From positions 1 through 45,181 of the forward strand of contig CAISWS010000059.1 in assembly GCA_903889265.1 (NCBI GenBank): DNA of 45,181 nucleotides. Reading direction: 5' to 3'. Of this stretch, positions 1 through 9,463 are shown piece by piece. This DNA is from an uncultured Bacteroidota bacterium. Its GTDB lineage: Bacteria > Bacteroidota > Bacteroidia > Chitinophagales > LD1. A program made the translations under genes and the position numbers. The stretch's first letter is position 1, and each line of letters starts with the position of its first letter. The notes beneath the pieces are model-generated. The model worked only from the letters and a program-made list of their open reading frames with translations, was not told the origin of the DNA and searched no databases.

Positions 1-7
1 ACCACCA

Positions 8-66
8 AGGAAATGGTGTCTTCCTACTTAACCGTCCCGAAGTTTCGGGGCTAATGGCGCCTACAA
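8..66 (+). ncRNA. Fluoride riboswitch (crcB motif)
   Basis: GGAAATGGTGTCTTCC...AACCG-(CCCGAAGTTTCGGG hairpin)-GCTAATGGCGCCTAC matches the fluoride riboswitch layout (P1 GGAA/TTCC, pseudoknot GGTGTC/GGCGCC). It lies directly upstream of crcB. Confidence 0.92.
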
Positions 67-117
67 ACACAAATTTTTAAACTGCGGTGAGTGCTATCGC
101 TTAAAGTGCTTTGTAGG

Positions 118-492
118 ATGAAAATGAATATCATATTTATAGCAATAGGGGGATTACTTGGCAGCGTTGCGCGTTATCTTTCGGTTGTTTACGTTACCAA
201 ACTAATACCCAGCCAGTTTCCGTTTGGTACTTTTGCGGTAAATATTTTAGGCTGCCTTATCATAGGTGTTATATACGGGCTTTCTTTACGTTACCTGTGG
301 TTAACCCCGGAGTGGCGGCTTTTTTTAGCTACCGGTTTTTGTGGCGGTTTTACCACATTTTCGGCATTTGCTTTGGAAAACATGCAGCTTATTGAGCAGG
401 CTAATTACGGAACGTTTGCATTATACAGTATTAGCAGTTTTACATTAGGATTGGCTGCAGTCTTCTTCGGAATGTTTCTTACCCGGCTATAA
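118..492 (+). CDS. crcB: Fluoride efflux channel CrcB/Fluc
   Basis: GG-x-G-x3-RY, FPFGTFAVNILGC and TGFCGGFTTFSAF motifs, 4 TM. Start is more likely ATG 118 or 124 than GTG 91. Confidence 0.95.
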   Translation: MKMNIIFIAIGGLLGSVARYLSVVYVTKLIPSQFPFGTFAVNILGCLIIGVIYGLSLRYLWLTPEWRLFLATGFCGGFTTFSAFALENMQLIEQANYGTFALYSISSFTLGLAAVFFGMFLTRL

Positions 493-524
493 TATTGCCC
501 CGTTTTATTTCGGTGTTTCCCCTC

Positions 525-728
525 TTAATGAACATAGATGGTCCAAATTCCACCGCTTTGGGTGCAACTGGTATCTAGTTGCGTAAGTACGGATTTGGGT
601 GTGTTTTTTTCACAGTATATATAGGTAGAAACACCAGCATATGCGCAGGTATAACACTTTTTGCACGAACTTATAGCCATAGTAACAAATGCAGCGGCTA
701 ATAAGCAGAATAAAAATTTTCTCATCAA
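525..728 (-). CDS. Small cysteine-rich lipoprotein, function unknown
   Basis: Signal peptide with lipobox ISSC, then CxxCxC and two further Cys. Co-oriented with the upstream barrel gene. Confidence 0.7.
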   Translation of the reverse strand: MMRKFLFCLLAAAFVTMAISSCKKCYTCAYAGVSTYIYCEKNTPKSVLTQLDTSCTQSGGIWTIYVH

Positions 729-751
729 AATTTTATATTTCAGGTTTTAGC

Positions 752-1528
752 TTACAATCCAAAAAGGAATGAAAGATTTAAACCGGCATTCCATAAATAT
801 TCTGTAACAGGTGTATTTATACTTTTCATGCCCTGTATTTCGGCCTGGGGCATAACGCGCAAAACAAAAGTACGTGAAAAATGGCAATCAATACCAATGC
901 CCAGGTAAGGTGAAAGGTTAAAGGTGTTAAAGTTGTTTGGGGCTAAAACGCTGGTGCCATTAACCGTTCTGCCATCGGGATATGCGTATTGATAAACCGC
1001 CGTTTGCTTTAGCAGAAAATCGAAGTTAGTACCCAGGGCAATTACTCCTCTAACTTTTTTATGCCCCATTGAAAAACGCAGGCCCAATGGAATAGTCAGG
1101 TACTGATAAGTTTCCTTATCGGTGGTTTGAAATGAATCGGCCGGGTTAATGATGTTACCGGTAAATACATTAGGTGAATAATTTGTATTGGAATAATACC
1201 GGTACCGGATAAGCGAATAGCCAACGCCACTTTCAATGGCCAGCCAGTCGGTAAGATTAATACCTATTTTAAAAGCAGCGTTGATGCCGAATTCAGGCAC
1301 AGAGTGTTGGTTGCCATAGCTAACCGCTCCGTTAACATCTGCCTGACTTATACCAGAGGGAACAAAATTACCATGCAGGTACCTGTAACTTACATCCGGC
1401 GTTATTGACAAGCCGATATAAACGCGTTTAAATGTTTTTTTATCCTTGTTTGCAGAGTTGTTATCCGTACAAAATGCTGCGAGGGTAACAAGCGATAGCG
1501 TAAGAAGTAAAGCAAATCTGTTTTTCAT
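752..1528 (-). CDS. Outer-membrane beta-barrel protein (PorT/OMP_b-brl-like)
   Basis: Signal peptide, amphipathic beta strands, YLTIPL motif, C-terminal aromatic strand GLNLSFLFGL. Confidence 0.75.
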   Translation of the reverse strand: MKNRFALLLTLSLVTLAAFCTDNNSANKDKKTFKRVYIGLSITPDVSYRYLHGNFVPSGISQADVNGAVSYGNQHSVPEFGINAAFKIGINLTDWLAIESGVGYSLIRYRYYSNTNYSPNVFTGNIINPADSFQTTDKETYQYLTIPLGLRFSMGHKKVRGVIALGTNFDFLLKQTAVYQYAYPDGRTVNGTSVLAPNNFNTFNLSPYLGIGIDCHFSRTFVLRVMPQAEIQGMKSINTPVTEYLWNAGLNLSFLFGL

Positions 1529-1588
1529 AGACGAGTCCTTTTATAAATTACAAATGCAAGATAAGCAGCAATTACCGTGCTAAAAAAC

Positions 1589-1622
1589 AAAAGGGCGCAT
1601 ATGTTTAACACATGCACCCTTT
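1589..1622 (-). terminator. Intrinsic terminator after alpha-2-macroglobulin
   Basis: Minus-strand hairpin AAAGGGUGCAUGUG-loop-CAUAUGCGCCCUUUU just past the stop codon. Confidence 0.7.
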
Positions 1623-1633
1623 AATCTGAGCAT

Positions 1634-4600
1634 TTATTTCTGCACTATCTTAACCAAACCACCGCCGTTATAGCTGTGGTACTCGCTGTTATACATGGCG
1701 TCTGCCATAACCGGCCCCATTACATAGGTGCCGGGCGAAACCGCACGCACCGCATAATAATATGTTTGTGGTTGAAGGCCGGCGTTTACAAACAGGTTAA
1801 TGCGGTCATCGCGAACGTCCAGTTGAGTGGGGCTGCTTTCGTTCTTTATCCAGTCCATACCAGGTATTTCTTTTGTCCGCGGATTTTCAATTTCAAAACC
1901 TGCTGGTAGCATATCGGTAATTACTATGTTATCAATATACCGGCTGTAACTGTTTTCTAGCGTTATCGCTACAATCACCAAATCGTTTTGGGCAAAGGTG
2001 GTGCCGGTTATTTGTCTGCCATAGCGGTCGTAAAAGCGCTTGCGCACACGTAGGTAGCTGTCTTCTTCTTTGAATGAGCCATCGGCGCTGATACCTTCGG
2101 CCTGCCAGAAATAATAGAGCCTGCCAATGCCGGAAGTCTTTATTTCTACGTTGGTGCCACCTAATTGTTTAGAGGTCAGTTTTAAGGTATTGCCATCGTT
2201 TTGGGCTACCTCTTTACCATTAACCAGCACGGATGCTTTAATGCTTGTTTTATTAGCCTGACGTGCTATTTTGCCCAAAGCAAGGAATGCAAAGGCCCTT
2301 TCCTGTGTGCTTAACCAGTAACTTGATTTAATTTCCTGGCTCAGGTGTTTGGCCATAACTCCAATCTGAGCATTTTGAGGGTCGGCTTCTATGATGGCGT
2401 TCAACGCCACACCTTCATCTCTTATCTCGCTGTAAAAAGAGCCACCGGTTTCGCGGCAGGATATTTCACCGCTAAAAGAGGTAGGTAGCATCTCTCTGAA
2501 TTTGGCCTGGTCGCCGGCAATAGCAAAGGCTGCGCTTAATAAATATTTACTATCCAAAGAAAGCATCTCTGTATTCTCTTTATAGTAATTCATGGTAGAT
2601 ACCTGGGGCTTGCCTGCTATGGCCAGCACATAAAGCGAGTAGGCAACTTCCTTAGGGGCTATCTGTCTTTTAAGGGTACCGTTATAATAATAAGTGATGG
2701 TCTCTTTGTTCTTCAGCTTATTAATCAGGTAGCTGTAGATATTATCCAGCAGGCTCTGGTCAACATCAAAACCGGCTTTTTTTGCCTCCTGTAAAAAGTT
2801 AGCCGCGTAAGCGGTAGCCCACCAGTTTTCGCTGCCTTCGTTATCCCAGAGGGTAATTGCGCCGCTATACAGTTGGCGCATTTTTATTTTACGGATGGCT
2901 TCCTGCACATTAAAATTGGCGCTAATTTTCATCGTCTTGTTCATATTCATCAACTCCGACAGGTCGCTGAAATACAATTGCGGGAATGCTGAACTAACAG
3001 TTTGCTCCGTACAGCCAAACGGATATTGCACCAGGTACCACATCTGGTCAGCTATTTCAACCGCAGGGTTTTTGCTGATGATTAGCTGGTAATCGGCACT
3101 GGAAGGAATGAACTTGTTTAAGTTGAAATCAATTTTCTGCGAAGCGCCGGCAAGAATAGGACCTGAGCCGGTTTGCTTTTGCAACGAAGCCGGTGGACGA
3201 ATGGTAATATCGGTTTCATCTTTAAACTTTTCACCCAACGCATTTACCTCCACAGTAACTTTCGCTACATCGATTTTAGGGTCAGCTACTATTTTAAACT
3301 GAACACGCTGCTCGCTTTTTGCATTTACAGAAACTGTTTGGCTGCTGTTTCCCACTACCTTTAGTGGCCCGCTCAACCTGATATTTGCCGTGGCACTTGT
3401 TGCATTCTTTGTAGTGTTTGAAATAGTTACCGGCATAATAACCGTATCCTTCGGCGACAGGAACCTTGGCAGGGCTGTGCTTAAAACAATAGGGTCAGCA
3501 ACAATCATTTCTGCATCCTTACTACCGAAACTTTGATTGCGGTAAGCTACTGCCATTAACCTTAACTGCCCGCTAAATTGTGGTATGTCAAACTCAAAAC
3601 TGGCTTCGCCGCTTCCATTGGCATCCATAATACCGCTCCAATAACTTATCAGTTTAACGCGCTTGTTTTGCATAGGGTTAGTGCGCCTGTTCATGGCCGC
3701 ATCGCCACCGGTGGATGAAAGCATACCTTTAATCTCAGGGAACAATAGCGGGTATAGGTCGAAAGAGTTTAAGCCCAGTGCACGGTTAGCATAAAAGAAG
3801 TTGTATGGGTCCGGTGTTTTGTAATTGGTTATTTGCAAAATGCCTTCATCTACTACTGCCAGTGTAACCTTGCTGTTAGGCTCGGCCTGTATCCTTACTT
3901 TCTGATGTGTCCGTGAGCGCACTTCTTTCTCGGCAAATATCTGCACATCCATATTGCGGCCTTTCTCGGTTACCGAAATGGATTTGTAACCATGGGCTAC
4001 CGTTAAAGGCATATCACTTTCCTGGTTGGGTTTTATTAATGTGGCCGAGACATAGGCGTTAGGCAAATACTCAGCACTTAAATTCAGGTTAACTGAAGCT
4101 GCTCTGTTTTCAACGTTTACGTATTGGTATTGAATTACTTTATTATTTTCAACTGTAACCAGCAGTTTGCCATTGAAAGGCGTTTTGAAAAGCACCTTGG
4201 CAGTTTCGCCGGCCATGTAAGTTTTCTTATCCAGCGAAATATCCACGTTGCCTTCGTTGTTTACTTCAAAGTTTCCACCACCGTAATTACCCCACCAGCC
4301 ATAGCTGTAAAACTCATTTCGCACGTACGAGTTTACGCCGGGTTTACCTACCCGTATTTCGTACTCGCCGGGTGTTTTAGGAGTAAAGGTGAATACGGTA
4401 TTTTCTCCGGTTACATTTACTTCCTGGTCAATAATGGTTTTGTCTTCGCGTTGAGATTCATACCGGAAATAAGAATCATTCCGGCTTAGCACGGTTCGGT
4501 AATCGTGTTTAATAACCTGCACGTGGGTACGCACGTTGTTTAAGGCCCTTTCATCTTTGTTCAATGCAATTAACGGGAACTTAATGGGCTGGTTAAGCGC

Positions 4601-7054
4601 ATAGTAATAGTATCCATCGTTTCGTATTCCATAGAAAACATCCTGGGTGTAAATGTCGGTGCTTGCGCGCCGGTTAACTGGTCGCCCGGTTTCATCAAAC
4701 ACGGTAGTAAAGAAATCGGTTTGAATAATGCCACGGTCTTTGTAGTCTGCTGGAGCAGTGTAGCTTTCTTTAGCGTTTCCTTTGTCGTCGGTTTTTCCTT
4801 CGCGCTCAATTTTATCGTAACTGGTTGAGCGATCAGCGAGGAAGAAATTGTAATCGTAATATTTTTGAGGAGAGAAATACCTTTCCTTCAGTTGAATTTC
4901 AACCTGGTAATTTCTGTCGCTTGCGGGTGGGCCGAAGAAGTTAACAGCATTAATATTAAGGGTTGCAGTTTCGCCCGGCTTCAGAAATTTCTTATCCAAA
5001 TCGGATGCAACTTTAATCCTGTCGGGCATAAACTCTTCTATCTGTACGTTTTTTGTAGCCAGCAAAATATCGTTGCTGGTATATACTTCCATAGCATAGC
5101 TACCGGTGATAGCAGAAGACGAAAGCTCAATTTGTGTTTCCAACGAGCCTGCATCATTCAAAGTCTTTTTCAGGGTTTTCAACTCCTTACCATTAGGTAA
5201 AAGGAACTTTAGCTTCAAAGGAATTTCACCCGGGCTTTTCCATCCCCAATCGCGCGCAATTACGCTGAAGTTGATTTTCTCGCCGGGGCGATAAATATCG
5301 CGTTCAGAATAAATGAAAGCGTCAAGGCCGGTTGCGTTAGGTTGCTTGCCGCCCACTTCAAACCGGGAGGTTTCAACATGGGTATTATTGAATGGCAGGT
5401 AGTTAAAGTCGTTGCCATTGCGGGCCGTAATCATGGCGCTGGTAAAACCCTCGTATTCCTTTTTAGCCAATGGAATTTCGGCTACACCGCTTGCATCGGT
5501 AGTAGCAGTGCCTATGGTTTGGTTATTGCGGCCAAATAAGCTGATGGTAACGCCACTTAAAGCTTCTGCGGTTTGGATGGAGTTGGCAAAAACCATAATC
5601 TTATCGGTTCCCTGCTTGGCTATTAATCCAATATCTGAAAGGGAGATAAACCTTGAATCGCGCAGGTAGTATTCTTCACTACTGCGGATAGAAAGGTGGT
5701 AAATTCCTTTGAAATCTTTCAGCTTGTCTTCCAGGTTAAATTTAAACAGGCGGTTATTGCCGTAGCGCGGAAGAGTTTTGGTTTCAATCTCCTTCTCATA
5801 TATCACATCGCCTGCAACGCCATCGCCATTATAAAACGAGTTGGAGTTGCCTTCGCCTTCTTCATAATACCGGCCGCCATAATATTCTCCTGAATTATCG
5901 TTGGGTTCGTATCCATTGTGCTGTGCGGCTAACAGGTTATTCTCATATATTTTAGAGATGATGATTTTTACCTTTTTAACAGAGGTAATAGCCACCTCGA
6001 TATTTTTTGAACCCTTGGATGTAAGGTAGATTCCCTTTTTATTGACTATGCTAATGCTTGGTTGCAGTTTTCCGAAGCCGAGGGTGTTGGTGTAGTCTTC
6101 TTTTAAAGTGCCGCCAATCCTGCCTTTAAGGCCCTTGGTTAACGTAAGCGTGTAGGTTTTGGCCAGGTCGAAATCTTCGGAGTTGATAATAAATCCCTCG
6201 TTGGTAACCTCGGTTTTAAAATGGACCTTAGGTTCAATGCTGATAAACGAATTCAGTTCATCTGCTACAGGTTGCTGGCTGGTATAAACTTTAACGGTAC
6301 CCTGGGTGCCATCGTGGTCGGCTTCAACATTTTGAATGGTGAGGGTGAAAGGCGAAGTGATTACCAGGTTGGCCTCCAGGTCTTTTTCGGTAGGGTTATT
6401 GCCTCCTTCAGGTAGCAGGCCTTTGGCTATTTTTACATGGCAGGCAAGGTCTTTGTCGTCCATCTTCATGCCTGTTAGCGATACCGAAATCTTATTATCT
6501 GTAACTGTGGTTTGAAGATTGAAATCCTTTTTTACCCCGTCTATTTCAACTGTAAGCAGGTCTTTTAGTTTGTTGGGGTTTATCCGGTAATTAAAATACA
6601 TATCAATTTGCGGAAAGGCGGTACTGGCGCTGCCATCACTTACATTCCACATCGCATTAGCGCTTTGCAGTTGCAGGTAGGGGGTGTGAAACGACATTGT
6701 TTCGCATTTGCCAAGCGATAACTTTTTATCGTATTGCAATATCAGCTTTGTAACGTCTGCTTTAAAGGTGGTAGCAGGCGGTAATTCATTCTCGGGAGAG
6801 AATATCAGTTCATTAGCATTTTCCCAGCGGAAGCGGCCCGGAATGCCAGGTGAAAAATCCACAAAGGCGGTTGTGTCCCAGCGGTTTAAAACTGAATCGG
6901 GCGCCAGGTTTTTATCGAAGGTGAAACGGAGGTTTCCGAGGGAAGGAACCTCATCTCTGGCGCTGGTATCTAATAAATTTACTTTGTTCTTGTTACTGCA
7001 GGCTGATAGAAAAAGCATAAAACACACAGCTAGACAGATTTTTGCGGTACGCAT
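1634..7054 (-). CDS. yfhM: Bacterial alpha-2-macroglobulin (YfhM-type lipoprotein)
   Basis: 1806 aa, lipobox LSAC, ERDIYRPGE MG domain motif, thioester motif PFGCTEQ, C-terminal DMLPAGFEIEN and YAVRAVSPGTY. Confidence 0.95.
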   Translation of the reverse strand: MRTAKICLAVCFMLFLSACSNKNKVNLLDTSARDEVPSLGNLRFTFDKNLAPDSVLNRWDTTAFVDFSPGIPGRFRWENANELIFSPENELPPATTFKADVTKLILQYDKKLSLGKCETMSFHTPYLQLQSANAMWNVSDGSASTAFPQIDMYFNYRINPNKLKDLLTVEIDGVKKDFNLQTTVTDNKISVSLTGMKMDDKDLACHVKIAKGLLPEGGNNPTEKDLEANLVITSPFTLTIQNVEADHDGTQGTVKVYTSQQPVADELNSFISIEPKVHFKTEVTNEGFIINSEDFDLAKTYTLTLTKGLKGRIGGTLKEDYTNTLGFGKLQPSISIVNKKGIYLTSKGSKNIEVAITSVKKVKIIISKIYENNLLAAQHNGYEPNDNSGEYYGGRYYEEGEGNSNSFYNGDGVAGDVIYEKEIETKTLPRYGNNRLFKFNLEDKLKDFKGIYHLSIRSSEEYYLRDSRFISLSDIGLIAKQGTDKIMVFANSIQTAEALSGVTISLFGRNNQTIGTATTDASGVAEIPLAKKEYEGFTSAMITARNGNDFNYLPFNNTHVETSRFEVGGKQPNATGLDAFIYSERDIYRPGEKINFSVIARDWGWKSPGEIPLKLKFLLPNGKELKTLKKTLNDAGSLETQIELSSSAITGSYAMEVYTSNDILLATKNVQIEEFMPDRIKVASDLDKKFLKPGETATLNINAVNFFGPPASDRNYQVEIQLKERYFSPQKYYDYNFFLADRSTSYDKIEREGKTDDKGNAKESYTAPADYKDRGIIQTDFFTTVFDETGRPVNRRASTDIYTQDVFYGIRNDGYYYYALNQPIKFPLIALNKDERALNNVRTHVQVIKHDYRTVLSRNDSYFRYESQREDKTIIDQEVNVTGENTVFTFTPKTPGEYEIRVGKPGVNSYVRNEFYSYGWWGNYGGGNFEVNNEGNVDISLDKKTYMAGETAKVLFKTPFNGKLLVTVENNKVIQYQYVNVENRAASVNLNLSAEYLPNAYVSATLIKPNQESDMPLTVAHGYKSISVTEKGRNMDVQIFAEKEVRSRTHQKVRIQAEPNSKVTLAVVDEGILQITNYKTPDPYNFFYANRALGLNSFDLYPLLFPEIKGMLSSTGGDAAMNRRTNPMQNKRVKLISYWSGIMDANGSGEASFEFDIPQFSGQLRLMAVAYRNQSFGSKDAEMIVADPIVLSTALPRFLSPKDTVIMPVTISNTTKNATSATANIRLSGPLKVVGNSSQTVSVNAKSEQRVQFKIVADPKIDVAKVTVEVNALGEKFKDETDITIRPPASLQKQTGSGPILAGASQKIDFNLNKFIPSSADYQLIISKNPAVEIADQMWYLVQYPFGCTEQTVSSAFPQLYFSDLSELMNMNKTMKISANFNVQEAIRKIKMRQLYSGAITLWDNEGSENWWATAYAANFLQEAKKAGFDVDQSLLDNIYSYLINKLKNKETITYYYNGTLKRQIAPKEVAYSLYVLAIAGKPQVSTMNYYKENTEMLSLDSKYLLSAAFAIAGDQAKFREMLPTSFSGEISCRETGGSFYSEIRDEGVALNAIIEADPQNAQIGVMAKHLSQEIKSSYWLSTQERAFAFLALGKIARQANKTSIKASVLVNGKEVAQNDGNTLKLTSKQLGGTNVEIKTSGIGRLYYFWQAEGISADGSFKEEDSYLRVRKRFYDRYGRQITGTTFAQNDLVIVAITLENSYSRYIDNIVITDMLPAGFEIENPRTKEIPGMDWIKNESSPTQLDVRDDRINLFVNAGLQPQTYYYAVRAVSPGTYVMGPVMADAMYNSEYHSYNGGGLVKIVQK

Positions 7055-7376
7055 GTTTGAGGTGGGTTGTGTAGGATTTTGATTATCCGTTATGCGCGGT
7101 TGAATGTGAAAAACCGTACAATCAAATAATCTCAGACTAATATACGCTTACCTTATCTGTTTTATTATGTGTTTTGAAAGAAATATTTTGTAACAGCCCT
7201 TTGTGTGGAAAAGATGGCCTTAGGGGTTGCCAAAATCAAACCGTTTTATTTGCGCGATTGTGGTTTACTTATTTATTTTCGCCTGCCTTTGGTAAAAGAC
7301 TCCGGGCACTGATTCTTCAGGCGGGTTGTAGGAACCATTATTGACAAATACTTTATTACGTATTAAATTATATCGG

Positions 7377-7919
7377 ATGTTAAAGCCCCCGATGTTTTAT
7401 TTATTGTTTGTATCAACCTGTATGGCAAGCCTGCTTAGCGCGTTACCATCGTACGCGGGTAATGAAATCTATTTTGCAAAGCTTGCGGAGGATGTAACAG
7501 TGGACAGCGTTGCAGTGCATAAGGCCGACCACGAAATGCTTGTATTCAGCCAGGGGGTGTTGCTGAAAAAGTATGTTGTGCAGTTAGGCCCTAACCCTGT
7601 TGGCCCCAAGCAATGCTTTGGCGACGGAAAAACCCCTGAAGGCCATTACACCATTAAATACCTGAACCCCAAAAGCCTGTTTCATAAAAGCCTGGGTATA
7701 TCGTACCCCAATACCGATGATATTGAACGGGCCATTAAGCTGGGCCGTTCGCCGGGTGGCGATATTATGATACATGGGCTGCCCAACGGCGAGGAGCATG
7801 TAAGCCGTAAACGATACAGAAACGATTGGACGAGGGGTTGTATAGCGGTGAGGAATGAGGAGATAGATGAGTTGTTTGAGCATGTGAAGGCGGGGATACC
7901 GATTGTGATTACGCCATAG
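7377..7919 (+). CDS. L,D-transpeptidase family protein (YkuD)
   Basis: GDGKTPEG, ISYPN, and IMIHG...WTRGCIA carrying the catalytic His/Cys. N-terminal signal peptide; start ATG 7377 or 7392. Confidence 0.9.
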   Translation: MLKPPMFYLLFVSTCMASLLSALPSYAGNEIYFAKLAEDVTVDSVAVHKADHEMLVFSQGVLLKKYVVQLGPNPVGPKQCFGDGKTPEGHYTIKYLNPKSLFHKSLGISYPNTDDIERAIKLGRSPGGDIMIHGLPNGEEHVSRKRYRNDWTRGCIAVRNEEIDELFEHVKAGIPIVITP

Positions 7920-7965
7920 GTTCCATTCCATGGTGATTTACTTAGTGGCGCTCTTCTATAGGATG

Positions 7966-8050
7966 CCCACATGCGACCCCGGATGGGGTCGAAGCTTTAT
8001 AGTAATATATGGACTATATATATACGACCCCATCCGGGGTCGCACTTGGG
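7966..8050. repeat. REP-like palindrome doublet (inverted pair)
   Basis: Perfect 20-bp inverted repeat TGCGACCCCGGATGGGGTCG (7972-7991) / CGACCCCATCCGGGGTCGCA (8025-8044). Each arm is itself a hairpin, CGACCCC-N4-GGGGTCG. Confidence 0.8.
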
Positions 8051-8183
8051 ACGTAGGTAGAGGAACCTTACTTTTTATAAAGTCAATTACATTGGGCCCT
8101 CTTCCTCCGAATTGTAAAAGTTAATGCAACCCGCCAACTAAAATGCACGTTGTTTTCTAAACCTACAGCATTACCTTTACCCA

Positions 8184-8702
8184 ATGAGTTTTGACCAGAT
8201 ATTCTCTTTCAGCAACAAACCATTGCTTTATGCTTTTCGTATTGTATTGGGTTGTAGCATAGTGTGGTTTACCTTATCACAAATACGGGATAGCAAGGAG
8301 ATATGGGCGTTTATTTCGGTAATAGTGGTATCCGACCCTGATTTTGACAGTGTGCGCAGTGCAACTATTTCGAGGGTGGTGAATACGGTTACGGGCTGTA
8401 TTCTCGGGTTGATATTTCTGTATATTATAGGTGTAAATTTTGGCTCGCTTATCACAGCCATTGGGGTGGCAGTTTTAATCAGCACTTCTTTTAAAAACTA
8501 CCCCACCAGCTGGAAACTGGCACCTATTACCGTGGCTATAGTAATGATACCTGCCATCACCGAAAAAGCACCCTGGAAAGAAGCGATGCAAATTGCCTTA
8601 GCCAGAACAGGCGAGGTTTTGTATGGGTGTTTGATTGCTTTTTTGCTGGCCTGGGTATTGCAAAGGTTGGAAAGGTGGTGGGAGAGGAGAGCAGTGACTT
8701 AG
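8184..8702 (+). CDS. FUSC / aromatic acid exporter family membrane protein
   Basis: Hydrophobic, with WAFISVIVVS, RVVNTVTG and ALARTGEVLYG patterns typical of FUSC_2. Confidence 0.75.
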   Translation: MSFDQIFSFSNKPLLYAFRIVLGCSIVWFTLSQIRDSKEIWAFISVIVVSDPDFDSVRSATISRVVNTVTGCILGLIFLYIIGVNFGSLITAIGVAVLISTSFKNYPTSWKLAPITVAIVMIPAITEKAPWKEAMQIALARTGEVLYGCLIAFLLAWVLQRLERWWERRAVT

Positions 8703-8768
8703 ACTATGCTTCGCTTAAACAGGCAGCAGCGAAGATTCCAAAAGCAAAATGGTAACTTTTGTAAGGGC

Positions 8769-9341
8769 TGTTGACTCCGGTAAGCCGGTTAACGGCTGTA
8801 AACCGCCCTTCAACAGATAATGAAACTGTATTTTTTGGATAAGGTGGTGACTCCGGAACGAGTGTTAACATTGTATTATTGCACTTTTGAGAGTGGGTAT
8901 TAGGTTGACATGGATGCTACATGTTTATTACAACAAAACCCTGCCTTGCTTTTTTAAAATATCCTCCCTACTACATAATAATATATATAGCACTATATAT
9001 CAGTTTGAGATATCTTGATAAGCAACGGCGGGGTTTACAGATGGTAACTCAATTACCGGGGTTAACCTCCATAACATCAGTTTACACTATTTGCGGCATG
9101 CAGGGGGATATTTATGTTTGAGAAGATAAGAATATGCATGTTAAACGGTCTATGCGGAGTCACCATTTTTTCCAAAGATTACAATTCGATTCGATTAACG
9201 GGAAAGGCTTGGGGAACCCGGTTGGATTTGAGCATTAAATCCGGTTACAAAGTTAAGAAACCGGCAGCAGTTTTCAAAGAAAAACAGATGATATTTTTGC
9301 GTTATTGATTAGGTATTTGAACGGCGCGATGGGAGTCACTA
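8769..9341. repeat. Array of five 25-bp dispersed repeats (TRKTRACTC-N10-GTTHAM) and an AT-rich core
   Basis: Copies at 8769-8793 (+), 8845-8869 (+), 9042-9066 (+), 9140-9165 (-) and 9317-9341 (-). AT-rich palindrome at 8983-9000. Confidence 0.65.
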
Positions 9342-9394
9342 AAAAGCAATTGGCCGGGCATTTTGGGAGGGGAAATACTGTGGGGGGGAAAAGA

Positions 9395-9447
9395 AAAACC
9401 TTCCAGCCCTGGTTAAGCTTTAAGCTTTTACAGGCCTGAAAGGTTTT
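9395..9447 (-). terminator. Terminator hairpin after M16 peptidase
   Basis: AAAACCTTCCAG...CTGAAAGGTTTT inverted repeat with A/T tracts on both sides. Confidence 0.6.
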
Positions 9448-9463
9448 CGGGAGTTTTAATTAT

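Noticed and set aside
7930-8124. 64-aa ORF
   Set aside because: It is the translation of the REP doublet.
8763-8816. Alternative pairings AAGGGC/GCCCTT and CTGTTGA/TCAACAG suggesting a riboswitch
   Set aside because: The stems are short and there is no downstream gene to regulate, so this could be chance.
8921-9308. Two short ORFs (8921-9121, 9114-9308) in the repeat-array gap
   Set aside because: No recognisable motifs and atypical composition. They overlap the repeat boxes and AT tract, so are probably spurious.
8769-9341. CRISPR array interpretation of the repeats
   Set aside because: Copies are degenerate, unevenly spaced and in both orientations, with no cas genes.
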